A DNA stretch of 64,000 bases. Origin: Hypanus sabinus (Eukaryota). Below the pieces are notes generated by a model that made no database searches, had not been told where the DNA came from, and saw only the letters and a list, made by a program, of their open reading frames with translations. The position numbers and the translations under genes are program-made. The stretch lies in assembly GCF_030144855.1 (NCBI RefSeq), contig NC_082721.1, forward strand, positions 28,644,001-28,708,000, in the 5' to 3' direction. Below, piece by piece: positions 1 to 12,979 of this stretch; position 1 is the first letter of the stretch, and each line of letters starts with the position of its first letter.

Positions 1-3000
1 TGAGGTGTGGGTTTGTTGAATGTGGGAGGTATGGGGTTGTTGAGTGTGGGAGGTTTTGGGATGTTGAGTGTGTGTGGTTTTGTGTTGTTGAGTGTGTGAG
101 GTGTGGGTTTGTTGAGTGTGTGAGGTGTGGGGTTGTTGAGTGTGTGGGTTTGTTGAGTGTGTGAGGTGTGGGTTTGTTGAGAGTGTGAGGTGTGGGTTTG
201 TTGAGTGTGTGAGGTGTGGGGTTGTTGAGTGTGGGGGGTTTTGGGATGTTGAGTGTGTGTGGTTTTGTGTTGTTGAGTGTGTGAGGTGTGGGTTTGTTGA
301 GTGTGTGAGGTGTGGGTTTGTTGAGTGTGTGAGGTGTGGGGTTTTTGAGTGTGTGAGGTGTGGGTTTGTTGAGTGTGTGAGGTGTGGGTTTGTCGAGTGT
401 GTGAGGTGTGGGTTTGTTGAGTGTGTGAGGTGTGGTGTTGTTGTGTGTGTGAGGTGTGGTGTTGTTGAGTGTGTGAGGTGTGGGTTTGTTGAGTGTGTGA
501 GGTGTGCTGTTGTTGAGTGTGTGAGGTGTGGTGTTGTTGAGTGTGTCAGGTGTGGTGTTGTTGAGTGTGTGAGGTGTGGGTTTGTTGAGTGTGTGAGGTG
601 TGGTGTTTTGGAGTGTGTGAGGTGTGGGTTTGTTGAGTGTGTGAGGTGTGGGTTTGTTGAGTGTGTGAGGTGTGGGGTTGTTGAGTGTGGGAGGTTTTGG
701 GATGTTGAGGTTGTGTGGTTTTGTGTTGTTGAGTGTGTGAGGTGTGGGGTTGTTGTGTGTGTGATGTGTGGTGTTGTTGAGTGTGGGAGGTGTGGGTTTG
801 TTGAGTGTGTGAGGTGTGGGTTTGTTGAGTGTGTGAGGTGTGGGTTTGTTGAGTGTGTGAGGTGTGGGTTTGTTGAGTGTGTGAGGTGTGGGGTTGTTGA
901 GTGTGTGAGGTGTGGGTTTGTTGAGTGTGGGAGGTTTTGGGATGTTGAGTGTGTGTGGTTTTGTGTTGTTGAGTGTGTGAGGTGTGGGGTTGTGTGTGTG
1001 AGGTGTGGGGTTGTTGAGTGTGTGAGGTGTGTATTGTATGTGTGAGTTTTTGTGTCGTTGAGTGTGAGAGGTGTGTGTTTTTTGAGTGTGTGAGTTTTTG
1101 TGTTGTTGAGTGTGGGAGGTTTTGGGTTTTTGAGTGTGTGAGGTGTGGGTTTGTTGAGTGTGTGAGGTGTGGGTTTGTTGAGTGTGTGAGGTGTGGGGTT
1201 GTTGAGTGTGGGAGGTTTTGGGATGTTGAGTGTGTGTGGTTTTGTGTTGTTGAGTGTGTGAGGTGTGGGGTTGTTGTGTGTGTGAGGTGTGGTGTTGTTG
1301 AGTGTGTGAGGTGTGGTGTTGTTGAGTGTGTGAGGTGTGGGTTTGTTGAATGTGGGAGGTATGGGGTTGTTGAGTGTGGGAGGTGTAGGGTTGTTGAGTG
1401 TGTGAGGTGTGGGGCTGTTCAGTGTGAGAGGTGTGTGTTGTGTGTGTGAGGTGTGGGGTTGTTGAGTGTGGAAGGTGTGTGTTGTTGTGTGTGTGAGGTG
1501 TGGGTTTGTTGAGTGTGTGAGGTGTGGGGTTGTTGAGTCTGGGAGGTTTTGGGATGTTGATTGTTTGAGGTGTGGGGTTGTTGAGTGTGTAAGTTGTGGG
1601 GTTGTTGAGTGTGTGAGGTGTGGGTTTGTTGAGTGTGTGAGGTGTGGGGATGTTGTGTGTGTGAGGTGTGTGTTGTGTGTGTGCGATGTGTGTTGTGTGT
1701 GTGATGTGTGGGGTTGTTGAGTGTTGGAGGTTTAGTGTTGTTGAGTTAGTGAGGTGTGGTGTTGTTGTGTGTGTGAGTTTTTGTGTTGTTGAGTGTGGGA
1801 GGTGTGTATTGTCTGTGTGAGTTTTTGTGTCGTTGAGTGTGTGAGGTGTGGGTTTGTTGAGTGTGTGAGGTGTGGGGTTGTTGAGTGTGTGAGGTGTGGG
1901 GTTGTTGAGTGTGGGAGGTTTTGGGTTCTTGATTGTGTGAGGTGTTGTGTTGTTGAGTGTGTAAGTTGTGGGGTTGTTGAGTGTGTGAGGTGTGGGGTTG
2001 TTGAGTCTGGGAGGTTTTGGGTTGTTGAGTGTGTGAGGTGTGGGTTTGTTGAGTTTTGAGGTGTGGGTTTGTTGAGTGTGTGAGGTGTGGGTTTGTTGAG
2101 TGTGTGAGGTGTGGGGTTGTTGAGTGTGTGTGGTTTTGTGTTGTTGAGTTTGTGAGGTGTGGTGTTGTTGAGTGTGTGAGGTGTGGGGTTGTTGAGTGTG
2201 TGAGGTGTGGGGTTGTTGATTGTGTGACGTCTGGGGTTGTTGAGTGTGTGAGGTGTGGGGTTGTTGAGTGTGTGAGGTGTGGGGTTGTTGAGTGTGTGAG
2301 CTGTGGGGTTGTTGAGTGTGTGAGCTGTGGGGTTGTTGAGTGTGTGAGGTGTGGGTTTGTTGAGTGTGTGAGGTGTGGGGTTGTTGAGTGTGGGAGGTGT
2401 GGGGTTGTTGAGTGTGTGAGCTGTGGGGTTGTTGAGTGTGTGAGGTGTGGGTTTGTTGAGTGTGTGATGTGTGGGGTTGTTGAGTGTGTGAGGTTTGGGG
2501 TTGTTGAGTGTGTGAGGTGTGGGGTTGTTGAGTGTGTGAGGTGTGGTGTTGTTGAGTGTGTGAGGTGTGGGTTTGTTGAGTGTGTGAGGTGTGGTGTTGT
2601 TGAGTGTGTGAGGTGTGGGTTTGTTGAGTGTGTGAGGTGTGGGTTTGTTGAGTGTGGGAGGTTTTGGGATGTTGAGTGTGTGTGGTTTTGTGTTGTTGAG
2701 TGTGTGAGGTGTGGGGTTGTTCTGTGTGTGAGGTGTGGTGTTGTTGAGTGTGTGAGGTGTGGGGTTGTTGAGTGTGTGAGGTGTGGTGTTGTTGAGTGTG
2801 TGATGTGTGGGGTTGTTGAGTGTGTGAGGTTTGGGGTTGTTGAGTGTGTGAGGTGGGGTTGTTGAGTGTGTGAGGTGTAGGGTTGTTGAGTGTGTGAGGT
2901 GTGGGGTTGTTGAGTGTGTGAGGTGTGGGTTTGTTGAGTGTGTGAGGTGTGGGGTTGTTGAGTGTGTGAGGTGTGGGTTTGTTGAGTGTGTGAGGTGTGG

Positions 3001-6000
3001 GGTTGTTGAGTGTGGGAGGTTTTGGGATGTTGAGTGTGTGTGGTTTGTGTTGTTGAGTGTGTGAGGTGTGGGGTTGTTGTGTGTGTGAGGTGTGGTGTTG
3101 TTGAGTGTGTCAGGTGTGGTGTTGTTGAGTGTGTGAGGTGTGGGTATGTTGAGTGTGTGAGGTGTGGGGTTGTTGAGTGTGTGAGGTGTGGGGTTGTTGT
3201 GTGTGTGAGGTGTGGTGTTGTTGAGTGTGTCAGGTGTGGTGTTGTTGAGTGTGTGAGGTGTGGGGTTGTTGAGTGTGTGAGGTGTGGGTTTGTTGAGTGT
3301 GTGAGGTGTGGGTTTGTTGAGTGTGGGAGGTTTTGGGATGTTGAGTGTGTGTGGTTTTGTGTTGTTGAGTGTGTGAGGTGTGGGGTTGTTGTGTGTGTGA
3401 GGTGTGTGTTGTGTGTGTGAGTTTTTGTGTCGTTGAGTGTGAGAGGTGTGTGTTGTTGAGTGTGTGAGTTTTGTGTTGTTGAGTGTGGGAGGTTTTGGGT
3501 TTTTGTGTGTGTGAGGTGTGGGTTTGTTGAGTGTGTGAGGTGTGGGTTTGTTGAGTGTGTGAGGTGTGGGGTTGTTGAGTGTGGGAGGTTTGGGATGTTG
3601 AGTGTGTGTGGTTTGTGTTGTTGAGTGTTGAGGTGTGGGGTTGTTGTGTGTGTGAGGTGTGGTGTTGTTGAGTGTGTGAGGTGTGGTGTTGTTGAGTGTG
3701 TGAGGTGTGGGTTTGTTGATGTGGGAGGTATGGGGTTGTTGAGTGTGGGAGGTGTGGGGTTGTTGTGTGTGTAAGGTGTGGTGTTGTTGAGTGTGGGAGG
3801 TGTGGGTTGTTGAGTGTGTGATGTGTAGGGTTGTTGAGTGTGTGAGGTGTGGGTTGTTGAGTGTGTGAGGTGTGGGTTGTGGTGTGGAGGTGTGGGTTTG
3901 TTGAGTGTGTGAGGTGTGGGTTGTGAGTGTGTGAGGTGTGGGGTTGTTGAGTGTGGGAGGTTTTCGGATGTTGATTGTCTGTGGTTTTGCGTTGTTGAGT
4001 GTGTGATGTGTGGGGTTGTTGTGTGTGTGAGGTGTGGGTTTGTTGAGTGTGTGAGGTGTGGGGTTGTTGAGTGTGTGAGGTGTGGTGTTGTTGAGTGTGT
4101 GAGGTGTGGTGTTGTTGAGTGTGTGAGGTGTGGGTTTGTTGAGTGTGTGAGGTGTGGTGTTGTTGAGTGTGTGAGGTGTGGGGTTGTTGAGTGTGGGAGG
4201 TTTTGGGATGTTGAGTGTGTGTGGTTTTGTGTTGTTGAGTGTGTGAGGTATGGGGTTGTTGAGTGTGGGAGGTTTTGGGATGTTGAGTGTGTGTGGTTTT
4301 GTGTTGTTGAGTGTGTGAGGTGTGGGTTTGTTGAGTGTGTGAGGTGTGGGGTTGTTGAATGTGTGAGGTGTGGGTTTGTTGAGTGTGTGAGGTGTGGGTT
4401 TGTTGAGTGTGTGAGGTGTGGGTTTGTTGAGTTTGTGAGGTGTGGTGTTGTTGAGTGTGTGAGGTGTGGGGTTGTTGAGTGTGTGAGGTGTGGGGTTATT
4501 GAGTGTGTGAAATGTGGTGTTGTTGAGTGTGTGAGGTGTGGGTTTGTTGAGTATGTGAGGTGTGGGTTTGTTGAGTGTGTGAGGTGTGGGTTTGTTGAGT
4601 TTGTGAGGTGTGTTGTTGTTGAGTGTGTGAGCTGTGGGGTTGTTGAGTGTGTGAGGTGTGGGGTTATTGAGTGTGTGAAATGTGGTGTTGTTTAGTGTGT
4701 GAGGTGTGGTGTTGTTGAGTGTGTGAGGTGTGGGGTTGTTGTGTGTGTGAGGTGTGGGTTTGTTGAGTGTGTGAGGTGTGGGGTTGTTGAGTGTGTGAGT
4801 TGTGGTGTTGTTGAGTGTGTGAGGTGTGGTGTTGTTGAGTGTGTGAGGTGTGGGTTTGTTGAATGTGGGAGGTATGGGGTTGTTGAGTGTGGGAGGTTTT
4901 GGGATGTTGAGTGTGTGTGGTTTTGTGTTGTTGAGTGTGTGAGGTGTGGGTTTGTTGAGTGTGTGAGGTGTGGGGTTGTTGAGTGTGTGGGTTTGTTGAG
5001 TGTGTGAGGTGTGGGTTTGTTGAGAGTGTGAGGTGTGGGTTTGTTGAGTGTGTGAGGTGTGGGGGTTGTTGAGTGTGTGAGGTGTGGTGTTGTTGAGTGT
5101 GTGAGGTGTGGGGTTGTTGAGTGTGGGAGGTTTTGGGATGTTGTGTGTGTGTGGTTTTGTGTTGTTGAGTGTGTGAGGTATGGGGTTGTTGAGTGTGGGG
5201 GGTTTTGGGATGTTGAGTGTGTGTGGTTTTGTGTTGTTGAGTGTGTGAGGTGTGGGTTGTTGAGTGTGTGAGGTGTGGGTTTGTTGAGTGTGTGAGGTGT
5301 GGGGGTTTTGAGTGTGTGAGGTGTGGGTTTGTTGAGTGTGTGAGGTGTGGGTTTGTCGAGTGAGTGAGGTGTGGGTTTGTTGAGTGTGTGAGGTGTGGTG
5401 TTGTTGTGTGTGTGAGGTGTGGTGTTGTTGAGTGTGTGAGGTGTGGGTTTGTTGAGTGTGTGAGGTGTGCTGTTGTTGAGTGTGTGAGGTGTGGTGTTGT
5501 TGAGTGTGTCAGGTGTGGTGTTGTTGAGTGTGTGAGGTGTGGGTTTGTTGAGTGTGTGAGGTGTGGTGTTTTGGAGTGTGTGAGGTGTGGGTTTGTTGAG
5601 TGTGTGAGGTGTGGGTTTGTTGAGTGTGTGAGGTGTGGGGTTGTTGAGTGTGGGAGGTTTTGGGATGTTGAGGTTGTGTGGTTTTGTGTTGTTGAGTGTG
5701 TGATGTGTGGTGTTGTTGAGTGTGGGAGGTGTGGGTTTGTTGAGTGTGTGAGGTGTGGGTTTGTTGAGTGTGTGAGGTGTGGGTTTGTTGAGTGTGTGAG
5801 GTGTGGGTTTGTTGAGTGTGTGAGGTGTGGGGTTGTTGAGTGTGTGAGGTGTGGGTTTGTTGAGTGTGGGAGGTTTTGGGATGTTGAGTGTGTGTGGTTT
5901 TGTGTTGTTGAGTGTGTGAGGTGTGGGGTTGTGTGTGTGAGGTGTGGGGTTGTTGAGTGTGTGAGGTGTGTATTGTATGTGTGAGTTTTTGTGTCGTTGA

Positions 6001-8690
6001 GTGTGAGAGGTGTGTGTTGTTGAGTGTGTAAGATTTTGTGTTGTTGAGTGTGGGAGGTTTTGGGTTGTTGAGTGTGTGAGGTGTGTGTTGTGTGTGTGAG
6101 TTTTTGTGTCGTTGAGTGTGAGAGGTGTGTGTTTTTTGAGTGTGTGAGTTTTTGTGTTGTTGAGTGTGGGAGGTTTTGGGTTTTTGAGTGTGTGAGGTGT
6201 GGGTTTGTTGAGTGTGTGAGGTGTGGGTTTGTTGAGTGTGTGAGGTGTGTGGTTGTTGAGTGTGGGAGGTTTTGGGATGTTGAGTGTGTGTGGTTTTGTG
6301 TTGTTGAGTGTGTGAGGTGTGGGGTTGTTGTGTGTGTGAGGTGTGGTGTTGTTGAGTGTGTGAGGTGTGGTGTTGTTGAGTGTGTGAGGTGTGGGTTTGT
6401 TGAATGTGGGAGGTATGGGGTTGTTGAGTGTGGGAGGTGTAGGGTTGTTGAGTGTGTGAGGTGTGGGGCTGTTCAGTGTGAGAGGTGTGTGTTGTGTGTG
6501 TGAGGTGTGGGGTTGTTGAGTGTGGAAGGTGTGTGTTGTTGTGTGTGTGAGGTGTGGGTTTGTTGAGTGTGTGAGGTGTGGGGTTGTTGAGTCTGGGAGG
6601 TTTTGGGATGTTGATTGTTTGAGGTGTGGGGTTGTTGAGTGTGTAAGTTGTGGGGTTGTTGAGTGTGTGAGGTGTGGGTTTGTTGAGTGTGTGAGGTGTG
6701 GGGATGTTGTGTGTGTGAGGTGTGTGTTGTGTGTGTGCGATGTGTGTTGTGTGTGTGATGTGTGGGGTTGTTGAGTGTTGGAGGTTTAGTGTTGTTGAGT
6801 TAGTGAGGTGTGGTGTTGTTGTGTGTGTGAGTTTTTGTGTTGTTGAGTGTGGGAGGTGTGTATTGTCTGTGTGAGTTTTTGTGTCGTTGAGTGTGTGAGG
6901 TGTGGGTTTGTTGAGTGTGTGAGGTGTGGGGTTGTTGAGTGTGTGAGGTGTGGGGTTGTTGAGTGTGGGAGGTTTTGGGTTCTTGATTGTGTGAGGTGTT
7001 GTGTTGTTGAGTGTGTAAGTTGTGGGGTTGTTGAGTGTGTGAGGTGTGGGGTTGTTGAGTCTGGGAGGTTTTGGGTTGTTGAGTGTGTGAGGTGTGGGTT
7101 TGTTGAGTTTTGAGGTGTGGGTTTGTTGAGTGTGTGAGGTGTGGGGTTGTTGATTGTGTGAGGTGTGGGGTTGTTGAGTGTGTGAGCTGTGGGGTTGTTG
7201 AGTGTGTGAGCTGTGGGGTTGTTGAGTGTGTGAGGTGTGGTGTTGTTGAGTGTGTGAGGTGTGGGTTTGTTGAGTGTGTGAGGTGTCGGGTTGTTGAGTG
7301 TGTGAGGTGTGGGTTTGTTGAGTGTGTGAGGTGTGGGTTTGTTGAGTGTGTGAGGTTTGGGGTTGTTGTGTGTGTGAGGTGTGGTGTTGTTGAGTGTGTG
7401 AGGTGTGGGTTTGTTGTGTGTGTGAGGTGTGGTGTTGTTGAGTGTGTGAGGTGTGGTGTTGTTGAGTGTGTGAGGTGTGGGGTTGTTGAGTGTGTGAGGT
7501 GTGAGGTTGTTGAGTGTGTGAGGTGTGGTGTTGTTGAGTGTGTGAGGTGTGGGTTTGTTGAGTGTGCGAGGTCTGGGGTTGTTGAGTGTGGGAGGTTTTG
7601 GGATGTTGAGTGTGTGTGGTTTTGTGTTGTTGAGTGTGTGAGGTGTGGGTTTGTTGAGTGTGTGAGGTGTGGGGTTGTTGAGTGTGTGAGGTGTGGGTAT
7701 GTTGAGTGTGTGAGGTGTGGTGTTGTTGAGTGTGTGAGGTGTGGGGTTGTTCAGTGTGTGAGGTGTAGGGTTGTTGAGTGTGTGAGGTGTGGGCTTGTTG
7801 AGTGTGTGAGGTGTGGGTTTGTTGAGTGTGTGAGGTGTGGGGTTGTTGAGTGTGTGAGGTGTGGGGATGTTGAGTGTGTGAGGTGTGGGTTTGTTGAGTG
7901 TGTGAGGTGTGGGGTTGTTGAGTGTGTGAGGTGTGGGGTTGTTGAGTGTGTGAGCTGTGGGGTTGTTGAGTGTGTGAGGTGTGGGTTTGTTGAGTGTGTG
8001 TGGTTTTGTGTTGTTGAGTGTGTGAGCTGTGGGGTTGTTGAGTGTGTGAGGTGTGGGTTTGTTGAGTGTGTGAGGTGTCGGGTTGTTGAGTGTGTGAGGT
8101 GTGGGGTTGTTGAGTGTGTGAGGTGTGGGGTTGTTGAGTGTGTGAGGTGTGGGGTTGTTGAGTGTGTGAGGTGTGGGGTTGTTGAGTGTGTGAGGTGTGG
8201 GGTTGTTGAGTGTGTGAGGTGTGGGTTTGTTGAGTGTGTGAGGTGTGGGTTTGTTGAGTGTGTGAGGTGTGGGGTTGTTGAGTGTGTGAGGTGTGGTGTT
8301 GTTGAGTGTGTGATGTGTGGGGTTGTTGAGTGTGTGAGGTTTGGGGTTGTTGAGTGTGTGAGGTGTGGGGTTGTTGAGTGTGTGAGGTGTGGTGTTGTTG
8401 AGTGTGTGAGGTGTGGGGTTGTTGAGTGTGTGAGGTGTGGGGTTGTTGAGTGTCTGAGGTGTGGTGTTGTTGAGTGTGGGAGGTGTGGGTTTGTTGAGTG
8501 TGTGAGGTGTGGGTTTGTTGAGTGTGTGAGGTGTGGGGCTGTTGAGTGTGTGAGGTGTGGTGTTGTTGAGTGTGTGAGGTGTGGGTTTGTTCAGTGTGTG
8601 AGGTGTAGGGTTGTTGAGTGTGTGAGGTGTAGGTTTGTTCAGTGTGTGAGGTGTGGGGTTGTTGAGTGTATGAGGTGTGGGCTTGTTGAC
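1..8690. repeat. 24-bp G/T-rich minisatellite, consensus GAGTGTGTGAGGTGTGGGGTTGTT; continues beyond the window start
   Basis: Unit visible directly; ORF track shows 8-aa periodicity (VECVRCGV; HTQQPHTS on the minus strand); almost no C on the plus strand. Confidence 0.98.
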
Positions 8691-8958
8691 TGTGGTGGAA
8701 CAACAACCACCCAGGCAGTCTCGTTGAAAGCTGATAACCTGCAGATCCAGGAGACGGTGTTGGGGTTTGAAACCACACACCCCATGTGCTGGAATTAACA
8801 AGAAAAACAACATGGAGTCGGTGTCCGAACCAGCGGGTAAGTCATTGTACGTGGTGCAGACTGCGAAAACTGCCAAAGCTGCTCTGCCTGCACACTATCT
8901 TGGTAAGGTTTACACACTTCTTTCTGAGCATGGTTGTGCAGGAAACTCAATTTTGATT

Positions 8959-9830
8959 TGTTACGAATGAGGAGCAACTCTGATGGGCGGAAGGGTACAG
9001 AATCGCTAATGCCCCCCCCCCCTTTTTGAGAGTCGCAAAATCGCTATTATTTCAGGTCTGATAGCCAGGAAATGAGAGAGATACACAGCATGTCAGTAAT
9101 GAGAGAGAGACAATGCCAGAGTACACAAGGTGGAATGTCTCCTATTGACAAAGAGAGAGATTACTGTTATTGTCTCTTGAAAGAGGAATTGTGTATTGAG
9201 TACTGTACTATTCATTGAAACCCCTCAGGGGGCAACTAGAGTGGTCTGGTTGAGGGATTGCATCATCCCAATCTGATTGACATCTAAGACCCCGTGAGTG
9301 GGGATAAAAGTAAGGTCTGGGGAACACCCCTCAGACGCACCAGGAGAGACGCTACGAGACCGGTGGGGCTTGTGTGTGTGTCCACCCTTGCCTTGGTGAC
9401 GAGTCCACCATGGAACAGTCTAGCTAAAGGACGCGGAGGGGTCATACGTGAATCGCCACGACAACAACGAATCGAAAGATCCAGATCATAAAAGGAAAGT
9501 CGGCAAGTTAATAGCTGTTGCTGCTTTCTCTCTCCAACAATTGCAACACAGTGATCAACAACGACTGCAGCCTGTATGAACTGAACTGAACTTTATATTT
9601 CCATTGGACAATTCATTATCTCCTAGACAACGATAGACCTTATTTCTTATTGATGATTATTATACCCGCACTTTTAGATTTAGTATTGACGACTTATATT
9701 ATCTGTATATTTGCATTGATATTATTTTTGTGTATTTTTACTAATAAATACTGTTAAAAATAGTATCATGAGACTTCAACAGATACTCCTATCTTTGCTG
9801 GTAAGTCACCCAGTTACGGGGTTCGTAACA
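8959..9830 (+). mobile_element. Solo LTR (~870 bp), Gypsy/ERV-like
   Basis: Inverted termini TGTTACGAA...TTCGTAACA; flanks GATT/GATC (imperfect 4-bp TSD); TATA-like GATAAAA ~9303 and AATAAA ~9743. Confidence 0.8.
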
Positions 9831-10059
9831 GATCATAGAATGAAACACTTAACTATAAGTAAGTCTAACTTGAGTAACAGTAAACCTAGGTTTTGATTAC
9901 AGTAGCTGCACAATATAACACGGTTACAGGTGCCAACCTACAGCTGCATCTCCTGTTATACATAATCTTCAGTTCTCTGTTACCACATCAGTACAAACTA
10001 CATCCTTATGAACTTTCTCTATTTCTTTCCTTACAACACCATGTCACAGAACTCAGAAG

Positions 10060-11185
10060 AAGGACTTTTTGGTCAAGGAGGTTCAGTCGCTTGGCATTCA
10101 AGATGAGGTAGTAAATTGGGTTAGGCATTAGCTTCATGGGAGAAGCCAGAGAGAGGTAGTAGATGGTTGCCTCTGACTGGAGGCCTGTTGGGTGCCACAG
10201 GGATCGGTGCTAGGTCCTTTGTTGTTTGTCATCTATATTAAAGAACCTGCAGATAATGTGGTCAACTTGATCCGCAATTTTGTGGATGACACCAAGATTG
10301 GGGGTGTAGTGGACAGTGAGGAAGGCTATCAGAGCTTGCAGCGGGATCTGAACCTGCTGGAAAAATGGGCTGAAGAATGGCAGATACAATTTAATGCTGA
10401 TGTGTGTGAGGTGTCGCATTTTGGGAGGACCAACCAAGGTAGGTCCTACACGGTCAGTGGCAGAGCGCTGAGGATTGCGGTAGAACAAAGGGATCTGGGA
10501 ATACAGGTCCATAATTCCTTGAAAGTGTCACCACAGTAGATAGGGTTGTAAAGAAAGCTTTTGGCACATTGGCCTTCATAAATCAAAGTACTGAGTACAG
10601 GCGGTGGGATGTTATTTTGAAGTTGTATAAGATGTTGGTGAGGCCTAACTGAAGTGTTGTGTACAGTTTTGGTCACCTACCTACAGGAAAGATGTAAATA
10701 AGATTGAAAGAGTGCAGAGAAAATGTACAAGGATATTACTGGGACTTGAGGAACCAAGTTATAGAGAAAGGTTGAAAGGTTAGGACTTTATTTCCTAGAA
10801 CATAGAAGATCGAGAGGAGATTTGATAGGGGTATATAACATTATGAAGGGTGTAGATAAGGTATAAGCAAGCAAACTTTTTCCGCTGAGATTGGGTGACA
10901 CTATAACTAGAGGTCGTGGGTTAAGGGTGAAAGGTAAAATGTTTAAAGTGGAAATAAATGGGAACTTTTTTGCTCAGAGGGTGGTGAGAAAATGTAATGA
11001 GTTGCCAACACGAGTGTTGGATGTAATTCTATTTCAACATTTAAGAGAAAATTAGATAAGTAGACGAGAGTGGTATGGAGGCCATAGACCTGGTGCAGGT
11101 CAATGGGAGTAGGCATATTAATGATTTATTGCGGACTAGATGGGCTGAGGGCCCTGTTTCTGTACTGTAGTGTTCTATAACTCAT
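10060..11185 (+). mobile_element. CR1-clade LINE, 5'-truncated (RT C-terminal half plus 3' UTR)
   Basis: ORF 10192-10539 PQGSVLGPLLFVIYI...FVDDTKIGG...LQRDL..LEKWAEEWQIQFN; CR1-type 3' end GGACTAGATGGGCTGAGGGCCCTGTTTC. Confidence 0.93.
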
Positions 11186-11689
11186 TGACTTCTCTCTTCA
11201 AAAAGCCCCTTTGCATTTCTGGAGCTCTGAAGTGAACGAGATGTTGCTACATTCGGGTGAGTTTTGGGGTTAGCGTGCAGGATAGTGGAAGCAACTCTGG
11301 CGTGCTGAACAAGAGTCAGATTCTATTGTCAATGTGCAGGTGGGGCAGCGATAATGAAGGTGCTCAGTACAGAACAGGGCTGGACTTCCCGTAGATTGCC
11401 TGAGCTGATGTCGAGATCACTGTTGTAACCCAAACGGAGAAAGCAAGTGGAATAGGATGAGGGGCACAGCAGGAATAAAGAGTAGAGATGCAGGGCAGGC
11501 GGGAATTAGGGCACACTGACTGACACAATGGAATGGTGTTTTTAAGTAAAGAAAGAGGGTAAGATATTGGCTGTAGAGGAAGATCTCTCAGTCCACAGAA
11601 GTGCAAAAGGTTCGCTAGAAGTGCTGTCCCCTTCAAAAGGGAGTTCCTGTATTTACACAAAAACAAATTTGAAATGTTATCTTGTGTTT

Positions 11690-12165
11690 TCCTCTGTCCA
11701 CAGTTGCTGCTGGACCAGCTGAGCCTGAGAGAGAAGCAGATTTGACATTCCAAGACCCTTTGTCAGAAGTGGGAAAAGGGAAAAGGTGAGTGAATTTTCA
11801 GTAGCAGAGTAGGTGGGGAAGGAATAGACGGAACCAAGAGGAATGATCTCTGACAGGGCAAAAACAAAGTAGTTAATGCAGTAGATAAAAGCAGGTGATG
11901 TCTTGTTGGTGTCACATGCTGCTGGTGGCAGGGCTGTAGACTATGGCAGCTGGTCAGGCTATGCTAACAGCAAAACAGTGAGGCAAGGTCACAGATAGAC
12001 GATTGCCAGAAATGGCCAGTTCTGAAAGAGACAGAAAACGTTACCCAAAGTTGAACTTGACATTGAATCCAAAAGGCTGCAAAGTGCCCACAGAAGATGT
12101 TTCCCTTCCAGCCTGAAGTGCAGTTCACAGACAAAAGGTCAAAGTAGAAGTGGGATGGAGACCTG
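11690..12165 (-). mobile_element. Highly degraded Penelope-like 3' fragment
   Basis: Weak similarity to the GIY-YIG end and terminal segment of the copies at 39201-39680 and 51838-53022. Confidence 0.45.
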
Positions 12166-12204
12166 ATACTAACCATCACAATGATTAGAATAATTCTAAC
12201 CATT

Positions 12205-12705
12205 CGTTTATAGGAAGGATGTGGAAGCTCTGAAGAGGGTTACCAGGATGCTGCCTGGATTAGAGGGCGTACGCCATAAGGAGAGGTTGGACAAGCTTGG
12301 GTTGTTTTCTCTGGAGTGGAGGGGGCTGAGGGAGGACTTTGATGGAGGTTTATAAGCTTATGAGAGGCACAGATAGAATAGGCAGCTGCTATCTTTTTCC
12401 CAGGATCAAAATGTTAAAGGGCATGACTTAAGGTGAGAGGGGGAAAATGCAGAGGGCGCGTTTATTTGCACAGGCTGGTGGTTGCCTGGAATGCATCTCG
12501 AGGGATGGTGGTGGAGGTAAATACAACAGGGGCATTTAAAAGGCTCTTAGATAGGGATCTGAATGTGCAGAGAAGGGAGACATATGGGCATTGCACAGGT
12601 AGAAGGGATTCATTTAGATAGGCATTTAATAATTAGTCTAATACGTTGTACACAACATTGTGTGCTGAAGTCCCTAATCCTGTGCTGCACTCTTCATTGT
12701 TCCAT
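12205..12705 (+). mobile_element. CR1-clade LINE 3' fragment
   Basis: Same ORF2-end pattern as the other CR1 copies (GAGAGGTTGGACAAGCTTGGGTTGTTTTCTCTGGAG; VVAWNA). Confidence 0.85.
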
Positions 12706-12979
12706 CTGAGACAGAGATCAAGAGATTTTATTTTTGGGTAATGAAGGGACAAATGGAAATGGGATTAGTGTAGGGAAGAGATACTGAGGCACAAGATCAA
12801 CCGTAATCTCGTCAAATGGCAAAGTAGGGGCAAGAGGATGAAAGCTCTATACAAACTTCTGCCTGTTACGTGCTTTGTTCTTCTGAGATAGTGGGACGTG
12901 ACCAAGAGTCTCGTCAGAGGACTAGGTTCGAAGCAGCATCTGAATAGAGGGAAGAGACGTCGAGAGATCAAAGGAAAGG

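Noticed and set aside
1-8690. Telomeric repeat
   Set aside because: No (TTAGGG)n tract; the unit is 24 bp.
140-8798. Long Cys/Val-rich ORFs (CVRCGVVE)n resembling metallothionein or keratin-associated proteins
   Set aside because: Translation of a 24-bp stop-free repeat; frequent frameshifts, mostly non-ATG starts, and open frames on both strands.
5509-8876. 1089-aa and 696-aa His/Thr/Gln/Asn-rich minus-strand ORFs
   Set aside because: Same minisatellite read on the C/A-rich strand, which rarely contains stops; two overlapping frames are open.
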